The position numbers and the translations under genes are program-made. Below the pieces are notes generated by a model. The model did not search any database, was not told the DNA's origin, and was given only the letters and a program-made list of their open reading frames with translations. A stretch of 64,000 nt of DNA from a virus. This document shows positions 30,918-39,765 of the stretch, in pieces; the first letter of the stretch is position 1, and each line of letters opens with the position of its first letter. The DNA is taken from UHGV virus genome UHGV-0277504; one strand, written 5' to 3'.

Positions 30918-31131
30918 ATACGATTTTAACTTGCCAAGGTCTATGTGCTTGTGCTTTACTTCTATCTCTATTAGGTATACTGAATGTAATAGGATGTCCT
31001 CTTAGTGTATGATACTTTAACATATACGTACTCGGATTAAGCATATTCAATATATGGTCTAACTGTTCTCTAGTAACATTTTTTGTTTTAAAAGTTTCCT
31101 GTGTCATTTTTATTAATTCTTTACCATCCAT
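30916..31131 (-). CDS. terL: terminase large subunit, exon 1 (N-terminus)
   Basis: AGGAGG SD + ATG 31131; ORF stops 2 codons into intron 1. Confidence 0.6.
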   Translation of the reverse strand: MDGKELIKMTQETFKTKNVTREQLDHILNMLNPSTYMLKYHTLRGHPITFSIPNRDRSKAQAHRPWQVKIV

Positions 31132-31141
31132 AAATATCCTC

Positions 31142-31561
31142 CTAAAATGTTTCTGAGTTTTCTTGGTTCATTACTTGCTCTTTTTCTGAAATCATATTAG
31201 CTATATCGTCTGCTGATAACTCAGATAATTTTTGTAAATCTAGTTGATTACTTTCTTCACTATCACTATCTTGGTCTATAACATTTTCAAAGAGTTCTTG
31301 CTGTTTAACTGATATTTCAGGTATTGCTCCTCCACCTTCTGTAGTAGCTCCTGATAGTTCTTGCATTTGTGAGAATATAACAAAAAGCTTATACAAATCA
31401 TTAGGGTCTTTAACCTCTATTTGATTAGACTCTACTTTATTATTAAAGTCTATCATTAATTTTTGTATGCTAGACATAAAACCGTCTGCTATCATTTTTC
31501 TAGCGTCTTCTTGTTCTGATTTTTTCTTATTTACATTTGTTCTTATATCTTTAACTCCCAT
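31142..31561 (-). CDS. acidic hypothetical protein (possible small terminase-associated position)
   Basis: 139 aa, immediately upstream of terL; identity as terS not demonstrable from sequence. Confidence 0.4.
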   Translation of the reverse strand: MGVKDIRTNVNKKKSEQEDARKMIADGFMSSIQKLMIDFNNKVESNQIEVKDPNDLYKLFVIFSQMQELSGATTEGGGAIPEISVKQQELFENVIDQDSDSEESNQLDLQKLSELSADDIANMISEKEQVMNQENSETF

Positions 31562-31565
31562 AATA

Positions 31566-31829
31566 TCACACCAATCCTAAATTTTTATAACACGTGTTAA
31601 TGTCTTGACAAATATCTATATACAGAAGATTGGAGTATCTTATGTGATAGTGATTCTTTTTTGCAAATACTTGACCGTTACTATACTTCATTCCAGACAA
31701 AGGTTCTCCACAAATACCACATACTCTAGTAGGACTAGATATTCTCTTATCACCTTTTCTAATAAGTGTTTTTTTAGGTGCGTCTTTAAAAATACTTCGT
31801 CTCTTCTCTTTAATATCTATCTTCTTCAC
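31566..31829 (-). CDS. zinc-ribbon-containing small protein
   Basis: 87 aa with CGICGEP…. Confidence 0.4.
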   Translation of the reverse strand: MKKIDIKEKRRSIFKDAPKKTLIRKGDKRISSPTRVCGICGEPLSGMKYSNGQVFAKKNHYHIRYSNLLYIDICQDINTCYKNLGLV

Positions 31830-32181
31830 GTTTTAATCTTTCCTTTACTTTAGCTCTTACTTTTACTTCTTCATAAGATACACCTAATTGCTCTTCTATT
31901 ACTTCTTTCATTATCTCTACTTCTTCTCTAGTAACATTTGTTTCTTTTAAAATGTATTCTGGTAGAGGGTCTTCTTTCTTTAAGTATATCTTATCTATAA
32001 AGTTTGAGCTAGTATATGATAATGCTATACCTGTTATAGCATATATAAGTACTGCTTGAGGTCTTAAACTAAATAATATTGAAAGTACATTTGCTATAGA
32101 TAGTAGTAAAATCAACAAATCTAATACTATTAAAAACTTAAATATAAAATATTTCATGTTATTAGTCAAAATATTTGTCAC
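31810..32181 (-). CDS. membrane protein
   Basis: 123 aa, 2 TM segments; first gene of minus-strand late block after divergent region. Confidence 0.45.
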   Translation of the reverse strand: MTNILTNNMKYFIFKFLIVLDLLILLLSIANVLSILFSLRPQAVLIYAITGIALSYTSSNFIDKIYLKKEDPLPEYILKETNVTREEVEIMKEVIEEQLGVSYEEVKVRAKVKERLKREEDRY

Positions 32182-32287
32182 TTCCTAATGTTAAAAAATG
32201 TAATACATATACTAATCTAACAAAAAGGTCTTACTATGTTATATTATTGTTGTAATAAAAAATATAACTAATAGGGGTTGCTATATA

Positions 32288-32551
32288 ATGTCAATATTAT
32301 TATTAATAGTATCACTACCCCTTGTCTTTTTTTATTTTACATCAATATCAAGATTAAACTATAGGATAGCTAAAGATATAGTATATAAAAATAATATAAA
32401 TTTACTAAAAAATATTATTTTTATTTTTTTTATATACTTACTATCTATATGTAATCTATATTTTATATTTACACATAAATTATTACCTATTGTATGTATG
32501 AATTTAGTTATTTTATTATCTGTTGTTATTGTCTTCTTAACCCAGGATTAA
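32288..32551 (+). CDS. membrane protein
   Basis: 87 aa, hydrophobic. Confidence 0.4.
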   Translation: MSILLLIVSLPLVFFYFTSISRLNYRIAKDIVYKNNINLLKNIIFIFFIYLLSICNLYFIFTHKLLPIVCMNLVILLSVVIVFLTQD

Positions 32552-32579
32552 ATAAAAAATTAAGGAGGGTTGTTTTGAA

Positions 32580-32903
32580 GTGACAAAATACAAAGATATT
32601 TTAAAAGTAGAATTTGTGGATGCGTTAGCTCACTTTGATACTAATAGAGAGTACTTCCATATTTATCGAATCACTAGGTTACTATCTAATGGCTCTATTA
32701 TTTCATTCGATTATTATTACCTTCCTTCCGATGACCCTAATATAGTTAATATAGAGATAGATTTAAAAGAGTTCGGTAAATTAAGATTTGCTATTGATGT
32801 TAAAACTTCTTATGGTAAAATAGTATCTGAAAAGCATAATAAAGTCATCCAGAATTTTATAGAAAATTATGATGTTCACTCTGTAGCCCCGTTGAAAGTT
32901 TAG
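32580..32903 (+). CDS. hypothetical protein
   Basis: 107 aa; AAGGAGGG SD upstream, GTG/TTG start. Confidence 0.5.
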   Translation: MTKYKDILKVEFVDALAHFDTNREYFHIYRITRLLSNGSIISFDYYYLPSDDPNIVNIEIDLKEFGKLRFAIDVKTSYGKIVSEKHNKVIQNFIENYDVHSVAPLKV

Positions 32904-32913
32904 GTGAAAGAAA

Positions 32914-33246
32914 TTGGAAAACGACATTGATACACTATTAAATCAAATAGATAAAATAAGAAATCAAATACAAGAAAAAGGCTACATTGATAAAGATACT
33001 TATTCAAACCTAGAAAAAGAAGTTTCAGAATTACGTAGTATGATTCTTAACCTAGATAAAGATTTAGCTGTTACTAGTGAGAAGCAATCAACAATCTATA
33101 TACAATTAGAAAGATTAGATGAAAAAATAAAAGAATTATCTGAAAGTACAAAGGTAAAAGACGATAAGAAACGTGATACTACAGAAAAAGTATTACTTTT
33201 GATACTAGGTGCAATATTATCGTTTATATTCAATAAATTTAGTTAG
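32914..33246 (+). CDS. coiled-coil protein with C-terminal TM anchor
   Basis: 110 aa. Confidence 0.5.
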   Translation: MENDIDTLLNQIDKIRNQIQEKGYIDKDTYSNLEKEVSELRSMILNLDKDLAVTSEKQSTIYIQLERLDEKIKELSESTKVKDDKKRDTTEKVLLLILGAILSFIFNKFS

Positions 33247-33256
33247 GAGAGTTTTT

Positions 33257-33466
33257 ATGGTAAAATCAATTGAATTAACAATGAATAGTGGTAAAACATT
33301 CTTTTTAATAAGTACTGAAGATGAAAAATACACTCATTCTTCTGTGAACGCAATGTTAAGAGGAAATAGTAATCCTTCTGTAAAAGTCCATACTAGTAAT
33401 GATATTAATTCTGATGTGGTTTATATTAACCCTTTCTTTATTGAATCATTTAAGATGAATTATTAA
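33257..33466 (+). CDS. hypothetical protein
   Basis: MVKSIELTM… after GGAGAG SD (track ORF 33209 extended). Confidence 0.45.
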   Translation: MVKSIELTMNSGKTFFLISTEDEKYTHSSVNAMLRGNSNPSVKVHTSNDINSDVVYINPFFIESFKMNY

Positions 33467-33569
33467 AGGCTAACTTATGTTAGTCTTTTTTTATATATCT
33501 ATTATACCATAAACATCTTGAATATTAAAATTAAACTATCTCAATTTCCAACACTACTAAATATTAATT

Positions 33570-33770
33570 ATTTATTGTTAATATATTGATTATTAATAAT
33601 TAATATATATAAATATATATATTAGAGTAATCCTTATTTTCCAAATATACAAATTACCTAAATATTCAGAATTCTTTTTCCTTATATATAAATATTGTTA
33701 ATATATTTGTTATTAATAATTAGTATTAGTATATATAAATAATAGTTATTAGAACTGGTCTTATTTGCCA
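33570..33770. repeat. two ~34-bp direct repeats, each containing the palindrome TTATTAATAA, in an AT-rich intergenic region
   Basis: TATTGTTAATATATTGATTATTAATAATTAATAT (33575) vs TATTGTTAATATATTTGTTATTAATAATTAGTAT (33694), each followed by CTTATTT(T/G)CCAAATA. Confidence 0.6.
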
Positions 33771-33846
33771 AATAGTTAAAAAAACCTCTAAAACACTTGA
33801 TATTAAAGGATTTTAATCAAAAATTTAAAAAAGTTTATAAAAAGTG

Positions 33847-33875
33847 TTGACATTTATCAAAAATAAGATTATAAT
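33847..33875 (+). promoter_or_regulatory. sigma-70-type promoter (TTGACA-17-TATAAT) with upstream AAAAGTG
   Basis: Exact consensus hexamers, 17-nt spacer. Confidence 0.65.
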
Positions 33876-33914
33876 AAACTTAACAATAAAAAATTAAGAA
33901 AAGGATTGATATAA

Positions 33915-34796
33915 ATGGAATTAATCAAAAAATTTAATTATGAAGATAATAAAGTAAGAGTTGTTGAAAAGAATGGAGAAATTTACTTTGTTGGTAAAGA
34001 TATAGCAAATATCTTAGGGTATACAAATTCAAGAAAAGCATTATTAGACCATGTCGATGAAGAAGATAAGCTGGTGTCACGAATCGTTACGGCAGGTCAA
34101 AATAGAAATATGATAATTATTAATGAATCAGGATTATATAGTTTAATATTTTCTTCAAAATTAGATAAAGCTAAAGAATTTAAACGATGGGTAACTAAAG
34201 AAGTATTACCTGATATTAGAAAATATGGAATGTATATTGATGATTCTTTTATCAAAACAATTATAGATAATCCTCAAAGTGCAAGAGAAGAAATGCTTAA
34301 GTATTTTAATGAATCTCAAAGATTACAAAAAGTAGTAAAAGACTTAGAACAAGAAAATGATATGTTAAGAGAACTAGAAAACGAAGTAGGTGTTTTAGAG
34401 AGTAAAGTAGAATTACTTTCAAATAAACCAAATAACTCAGATTGGAAAAAAGAAGCAAATAAAAGAGTTAGACAATTAACACCAAAATTAACAAGTATTA
34501 TATATCCTAATTTTGGTAAAGCATGGAATGAAGTATACAGAGAAATGTTATATTCAGAAAACATTAATATTAAATCTAAACATACAAGAAGATTAAAAAG
34601 AATGGAAAACAATAATGTATCTCAAAGTGAGATTAATAACACAACAATTTTGGATACAATTGGAACTGATGTAGAATATATTGACAAAATGTTCAATGCA
34701 ATATCTAACTTAGAACAGAGAAATATTAACTCAGAAAATAATTTTAATGAAAAACCTTTTTATGATTCAGGTAATTTTAGTGGTTTACTTATTTAA
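33915..34796 (+). CDS. Bro-N domain protein (anti-repressor-like)
   Basis: N-terminus VRVVEKNGEIYFVGKDIANILGY matches Bro-N/KilA-N fold motif. Confidence 0.65.
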   Translation: MELIKKFNYEDNKVRVVEKNGEIYFVGKDIANILGYTNSRKALLDHVDEEDKLVSRIVTAGQNRNMIIINESGLYSLIFSSKLDKAKEFKRWVTKEVLPDIRKYGMYIDDSFIKTIIDNPQSAREEMLKYFNESQRLQKVVKDLEQENDMLRELENEVGVLESKVELLSNKPNNSDWKKEANKRVRQLTPKLTSIIYPNFGKAWNEVYREMLYSENINIKSKHTRRLKRMENNNVSQSEINNTTILDTIGTDVEYIDKMFNAISNLEQRNINSENNFNEKPFYDSGNFSGLLI

Positions 34797-34809
34797 TTTA
34801 AAAAAAGTA

Positions 34810-34838
34810 TTGACATTAACAATTAAACATGTTATGAT
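34810..34838 (+). promoter_or_regulatory. sigma-70-type promoter (AAAAAGTATTGACA-17-TATGAT)
   Basis: Consensus -35, 17-nt spacer. Confidence 0.6.
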
Positions 34839-34875
34839 AAATATATCAAAAATTAAGAAAAGGATTTGATTAAGT

Positions 34876-35097
34876 ATGAGAAAACAAGTAATGGTATATT
34901 CAAAACTAAATTGTAAAGAATGTGGGAACCACTTTATGGTTCCTAGAAAAAGAGCAAAAAGAAGAGAAGAAGGTCATATCAAAGACTTATATTGTGTAAA
35001 ATGTAAAAAAACAACAAAACATATTGAGGATAACAGAAGTGAAACAGAAAAATTCTGGGATGAATTCCATTCAAATAGAAAATATCAAAAAAATTAA
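34876..35097 (+). CDS. zinc-ribbon protein
   Basis: 73 aa, CKECGN…CVKCKK. Confidence 0.5.
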   Translation: MRKQVMVYSKLNCKECGNHFMVPRKRAKRREEGHIKDLYCVKCKKTTKHIEDNRSETEKFWDEFHSNRKYQKN

Positions 35098-35127
35098 TAA
35101 AAAATTTAAAAAAGTTTTAAAATAAAC

Positions 35128-35156
35128 TTGACACAGGGTTATTTTTATGTTATGAT
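35128..35156 (+). promoter_or_regulatory. sigma-70-type promoter (TTGACA-17-TATGAT) driving the 35160-35990 non-coding region
   Basis: Consensus -35, 17-nt spacer. Confidence 0.6.
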
Positions 35157-35159
35157 ATA

Positions 35160-35990
35160 TGTATCAAATAAAACAAATCCCTTACACAACTGTTTTTTCA
35201 TTACGTTGTTTTCCAGTTCAAACAATAACAGCGTTTGCCTATAACTAATGATTAGACTATAAACAAATCAAGAGGAAATTAGTCTATTCCTCTAATATAA
35301 TTTTAATACAACTAAACATCTGAACATAGTGACTGAATAAGTGAGTGATGTCACTAAGGTGTAAGAATGTCTTAGGAAGCCTACTAAAGTGTGAGAACCT
35401 TTAGAGGTATCCTCAGAGGGATATTTATTCCGAAAGGATTGCTTAGCACTTGGATATAAGGATTATACGGTAGAGAGACTATCAGTGATGAATCACTAGT
35501 CAAGGTCTTAGCGGAATCTTGACTAGTTACGCTACTAAAATCATTTACGTGGTTGGAGCCTAGAAATAGGTTTGATAATGATTGTCTTTCGTACAAGTAG
35601 CACAAACCCACGATAAAGCTAAAGAAAACAAAAAATATATGTTATTTTAATTCTTCACATCGTGTGAAAGTTGGTAAGTAACTGTCCTTACCCCTATACT
35701 GTGGAAACACTCATAAAAGTGGACTATGGCTAGCTACCATATAGAACTTTCTATGACTAGGTTACCTAATAATAATTCTTGTATTTCAGGTTCCCCGTGA
35801 AAAGGGATATGTTTGGATGTTTAGTTGTATTATACAACTAACTTCTCTTTCATTTTAATATTCATATCAATGGTTTTTGACTCCTTTACCATTGATAGAG
35901 AGAAACCCCTTATAAGAACATATTCATTTGTACAAACAAACACCTCCTTATAAAAAACAAAAAAACTTATAAGGGGTTTTTACATACACA
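35160..35990 (+). ncRNA. candidate large structured non-coding RNA / intron-derived element
   Basis: ~830 nt without credible ORF, locally GC-richer with many hairpins; contains group-I-like GACUAUAA…UAGUCUAUUCC pair; ends with long-range stem CCCCTTATAAG…CTTATAAGGGG + TTTTT. Confidence 0.4.
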
Positions 35991-36085
35991 TAACCCTAAT
36001 AACCTGAATATAATTTGCTTGATATTTATATTCAAAAAAAATAAGGTAAGTACTTTTTAAAGGTTTTTGTCTCACCTATACATAA

Positions 36086-36451
36086 ATGAAAAAAGGAATT
36101 GTTATTGTGGCAAAGAAAAAAACATTAGCTCAAAAAACATATGAAGATACAGTAAAAGCTAGAAGATGGTTTGCAGGTACTCGAAATGAATTTAATACAG
36201 CAAGAGCAAAAAAGAAAAATACTGAATCTTTTTTAAAACAATCAAAAGAAGATATTAAAACAGCTAGTGAAAAAGGTAGATTTAGTTGTATATTGTATTA
36301 TAAAGTATTTAAGTTTAAAGAACCTGTAGAAGGGTATAATAAACAAGAAATATTATCAGCACTTAAAGAGTTGGATAAAGAAGGATTTAAAACAACATAT
36401 GAGGATACTCAAGATGGTGTATTAGTGAGTGCTAGATGGGATAACGAATAA
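36086..36451 (+). CDS. hypothetical protein
   Basis: 121 aa. Confidence 0.5.
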   Translation: MKKGIVIVAKKKTLAQKTYEDTVKARRWFAGTRNEFNTARAKKKNTESFLKQSKEDIKTASEKGRFSCILYYKVFKFKEPVEGYNKQEILSALKELDKEGFKTTYEDTQDGVLVSARWDNE

Positions 36452-36665
36452 ACAAAAAGGAGTTTTTAATATCGCTACTCAAAAACAACTTTACTTTGTA
36501 AATGGACTAATAGGTAAAGCTATTGTTAATGACAAAGTATTAAATAAAAGAGATTTATGGAATCAGTTAGACTTATTAAATGATACTAAATTAGAAGACT
36601 TAGATAATAAACAAATGTCAAATGTTATTAGTAAATTAAATGAAATTAATAATGATATAGAATAA
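36429..36665 (+). CDS. hypothetical protein
   Basis: 78 aa, start overlaps upstream stop. Confidence 0.45.
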   Translation: MLDGITNKQKGVFNIATQKQLYFVNGLIGKAIVNDKVLNKRDLWNQLDLLNDTKLEDLDNKQMSNVISKLNEINNDIE

Positions 36666-36763
36666 CCACCTATTTATGTAGGTGGTTTTCTTATATTAAA
36701 ATAATTAACGCTTTTTTTGTTATATTAGTTAGTACAAAAATATAATAGAAAGGGCGTTTTTTA

Positions 36764-37324
36764 ATGTCTAATAAAGATATGAAAAAACCTACTGTTGTAG
36801 GTGGTGTAAACTTATCCACACGTGTACGCAGTAAGACTTTTTGGGTATCACTTGTAGGTATACTAGTTGGTGTAGTTACTCAAGTAGGTACACTTTTTGG
36901 TCTTGATTTAGAAGACCAAGTAGGACAATACTCTGAATTAGCTACAGGTATTATTACAGCTTTAGGTATTTTAGGTGTTTTACAAGACCCTAATACTAAA
37001 GGAATTAAAGATAGTGGTATTGCACAAACATACACTTCTCGTAGAGATAGTAAAGACCCTGAACAAGCAATAGATTGGCAAAATAATACAGAATTTGATT
37101 TAGGTGTAAAGAAACCTCAAGAGTTTGATACTTCTGAATCTTTCTCTGATGATAGTGATGAAGAAGAAGTAGATTTAGAAGAAGAAGTAGCTAAAGATGA
37201 TTCTGTACAAGAAGACACAAATAAACCCCTTGGAGCTGGAAAAGGAGAGTCTGTAGACTCTATGAAAAACACACCTCTAAATGTAGGTAGTCAATCAGCT
37301 AAATCAAAAGGCGGTGAAAAATAA
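36764..37324 (+). CDS. holin
   Basis: 186 aa; N-terminal TM helices (FWVSLVGILVGVVTQVGTLFGL; ITALGILGVL), acidic C-terminus; immediately precedes the endolysin. Confidence 0.7.
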   Translation: MSNKDMKKPTVVGGVNLSTRVRSKTFWVSLVGILVGVVTQVGTLFGLDLEDQVGQYSELATGIITALGILGVLQDPNTKGIKDSGIAQTYTSRRDSKDPEQAIDWQNNTEFDLGVKKPQEFDTSESFSDDSDEEEVDLEEEVAKDDSVQEDTNKPLGAGKGESVDSMKNTPLNVGSQSAKSKGGEK

Positions 37325-37326
37325 TA

Positions 37327-38058
37327 ATGAAAACTAAAAAACAAGCTTTAAAATGGATTTTAAATACTATAGGTCAAGGTATAGATTGGGATAAAATGTA
37401 TGGGTTTCAATGTATGGATTTAGTTGTTGCTTATTTATATTACGTTACTGATGGGAAAATAGCAATGTGGGGAAATGCTATTGATGCTCCTAAAAATAAT
37501 TTTAAAGGTACTGCTAAAGTAATTAAAAATTACCCTGCTTTTAGACCTGAAGCAGGAGATATAGTAGTTTGGTCTTATGGTAATTTTAGTACTTACGGAC
37601 ATATTGCTGTAGTTATAGATGGAGACCCTTACGGTGACTTGCAGTATATCACAGTAGCTGAGCAAAATTGGAATGGTTTAGGACTATACAAACAAGAAGT
37701 TACTACAAAACGTATTCATAATTACGATGGTGTATCTCATTTCATAAGACCTAAGTTCAAAAAAACAGTTAAAAAAGAAGATAACACTCTTACAAAAGAA
37801 AAAAACAACAAAAAAACAAAAGGAAAAAAATTAAAAGTATCAACACAAAGAATAAACTACACTATGGATAAAAGAGGTTATAAACCTAAATTTGTTGTAA
37901 TACACAATGATGCTGGTAGTTCTTCTGCACAACAGTATGAACAAGGATTAAAAAATGCAGGATACAGTAGATATGCTCAAGGAGTAGCACATGCATACGC
38001 TTCTGATGGTTATGTGTGGGAAGCAATATCAGAAGATAGAATAGCTTGGCATACGGGT
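37327..38058 (+). CDS. endolysin exon 1 (CHAP domain + start of amidase_2 domain)
   Basis: CHAP motifs (FQCMDLV…GHIAVV); amidase start VVIHNDAG…AWHTG; exon ends at GGGU of P1. Confidence 0.8.
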
Positions 38059-38410
38059 AAATAGTTGCCCTGTTATATAGTAATGTATAATTAAAATTCT
38101 TTTAATTGACTGGGAGGCTAAGGCTATCAAGCTATGCTAATCAGCATCCAAGAATATTGTTTAAAAAAACTACTTGACAACATAATAACTTTTGGAAACA
38201 ATATTAAGGTTCAACGACTATCCTTATAGACGAGTGCCAATAAAAAATAAATCGTCAACAGGAGTAGGGCTCAAGTTAATGGAGTAGGTGAGAATCCTTT
38301 AAATCGAAATGGAGAACCCCTAAAATAATTAGGGTGAAGATATAGTCTAGACTTATAGGAAACTATGAGAAGTTCATAAGAGAACTGGTAGAGTGTTACG
38401 AACTCTATTG
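38059..38410 (+). ncRNA. group I intron in endolysin gene (352 nt, no ORF)
   Basis: P1 GGGU|AAAUAGUUGCCC; P2-like GUUAUAUAGUAAUGUAUAAUUAAAA; P7 GGUUCAACGACUAUCC; S-element GAAGAUAUAGUCUAGAC; P9 AGAGUGUUACGAACUCU; omega-G 38410. Confidence 0.8.
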
Positions 38411-39142
38411 AATATATCGGATGGAACAAATCCAGGAACAGGTAACTTTGAAGGATATGGAATTGAAGTTTGTCAATCTTTAGGAGATAGAAATACTTTC
38501 TTAAAAAATGAGCAAACTGTATTCCAATTTATTGCAGAAAAATTGCAAAAATGGAACTTACCTGCAAATAGAAATACCATCAGACTTCATAATGAATTTA
38601 TACAAACAGAATGTCCCCATGCTTCAGCATATTATCATGCAGGTATGAATACTAAAGTAGATGCTTATACAAAAGAAAGACAATTAAAAATAAAAGATTA
38701 TTTCATAAAACAAATTAGAGCATACATGAAAGGAAGTACACCTAAATCTACAGTAGTAAAATCTAGTAAAAGTAGTGGTTCTTTACCTAAGAAACAAGGT
38801 AAAAAACAAAAATTTAAATCAAATATTGGTAAAACATTCGACTTTAATGGATTAAATACCAATACTTGGGGTACTAAATGGTATTATGAAAATAATACAT
38901 TTACATGTAATGCTCGACAAGGTATCATAACAAGAGTAGGTAGTCCGTTTACAAACGCACCTCAAGCAGGTGTTTTATTCTACGGACAAACTGTAACATA
39001 TAATCAAGTAGCTGTTAATCCAAAAGAGCCATTTGTATGGATTTCATGGATTACAAATAATGGTACTGAAGTATGGATGCCTATTGAAGTCTTAGACAGT
39101 AATAATAAAATTATTGAGCAGTGGGGTACTTTTGGTTGGTAA
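38411..39142 (+). CDS. endolysin exon 2 (rest of amidase_2 + SH3b cell-wall binding domain)
   Basis: Spliced junction …AWHTG|NISDGTNPGTGNFEGYGIEVCQS restores a contiguous N-acetylmuramoyl-L-alanine amidase domain; C-terminal SH3b-like WYYENNTFTC…. Confidence 0.8.
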   Translation, partial: NISDGTNPGTGNFEGYGIEVCQSLGDRNTFLKNEQTVFQFIAEKLQKWNLPANRNTIRLHNEFIQTECPHASAYYHAGMNTKVDAYTKERQLKIKDYFIKQIRAYMKGSTPKSTVVKSSKSSGSLPKKQGKKQKFKSNIGKTFDFNGLNTNTWGTKWYYENNTFTCNARQGIITRVGSPFTNAPQAGVLFYGQTVTYNQVAVNPKEPFVWISWITNNGTEVWMPIEVLDSNNKIIEQWGTFGW

Positions 39143-39162
39143 AAATAATATTTATTTTTAGA

Positions 39163-39192
39163 CTAGGATTAAATTCCTAGTCTTTTTTTATT
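39163..39192 (+). terminator. rho-independent terminator after endolysin
   Basis: AGACTAGGATTAAATTCCTAGTCT + TTTTTTT. Confidence 0.7.
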
Positions 39193-39251
39193 GATTTATT
39201 TAAAACATTATGATAAAGTAATTATATAGACAAGAAAAGTTAAATATTTAG

Positions 39252-39280
39252 TTGACTTTTAAGTTTATATGTGTTATAAT
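39252..39280 (+). promoter_or_regulatory. sigma-70-type promoter (TTGACT-17-TATAAT)
   Basis: hexamers and spacing. Confidence 0.55.
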
Positions 39281-39312
39281 GTAATTAATAAATAAAAAAG
39301 GAGTGTAAAAAT

Positions 39313-39534
39313 ATGAATAGACTTAAACACTGGTTTAATAAAAGTGTTCTTAAAAAAGAAAAAGATAAGTATAAAGTATATTTTATTCATAAGAAGTTTG
39401 ATAGTAGAGTACCTGTAGTTATAGATGTTGAAGCTACAAGTAAAGTAGACGCAAAAAAGAAGACTTTAAAATTTATTAAAAAGTATGCTTCAGATTCTGG
39501 AAATTATAAATTTTTGAAAGTAGAATATAAATAG
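39313..39534 (+). CDS. hypothetical basic protein
   Basis: 73 aa, AAGGAG SD. Confidence 0.5.
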   Translation: MNRLKHWFNKSVLKKEKDKYKVYFIHKKFDSRVPVVIDVEATSKVDAKKKTLKFIKKYASDSGNYKFLKVEYK

Positions 39535-39765
39535 GTGATGTTTATGGAAAAAGAGAATAAACCATTAGTATTAAAAAAAGTAAGAGAAGAAAAAGGATAC
39601 ACATTAAGAGAATTAGCTTCAGAATTAGGTGTTAATTATTCTGTAATATCATACTGGGAATATGGAAAGAAAAAACCTAGAACAAATAACCAATTAAAAT
39701 TAGAAAAAACATTAGGTGTTCCTTTCGAAGAATTATCAAAGGAGTGGGAAGAGCAAGATGAGTAA
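39535..39765 (+). CDS. XRE-family helix-turn-helix transcriptional regulator
   Basis: GYTLRELASELGVNYSVISYWEYGKKKP HTH motif. Confidence 0.65.
   Translation: MMFMEKENKPLVLKKVREEKGYTLRELASELGVNYSVISYWEYGKKKPRTNNQLKLEKTLGVPFEELSKEWEEQDE

Noticed and set aside
31142-31561. Calling 31142..31561 the small terminase subunit
   Set aside because: Its position next to terL is suggestive, but the sequence is an acidic low-complexity protein without a recognisable terS DNA-binding/oligomerisation signature, so it is left as hypothetical.
35384-35611. ORF 35384..35611 (minus) inside the structured non-coding region
   Set aside because: No RBS and atypical amino-acid composition. It is embedded in hairpin-rich sequence driven by a plus-strand promoter, so it is more likely RNA than protein.
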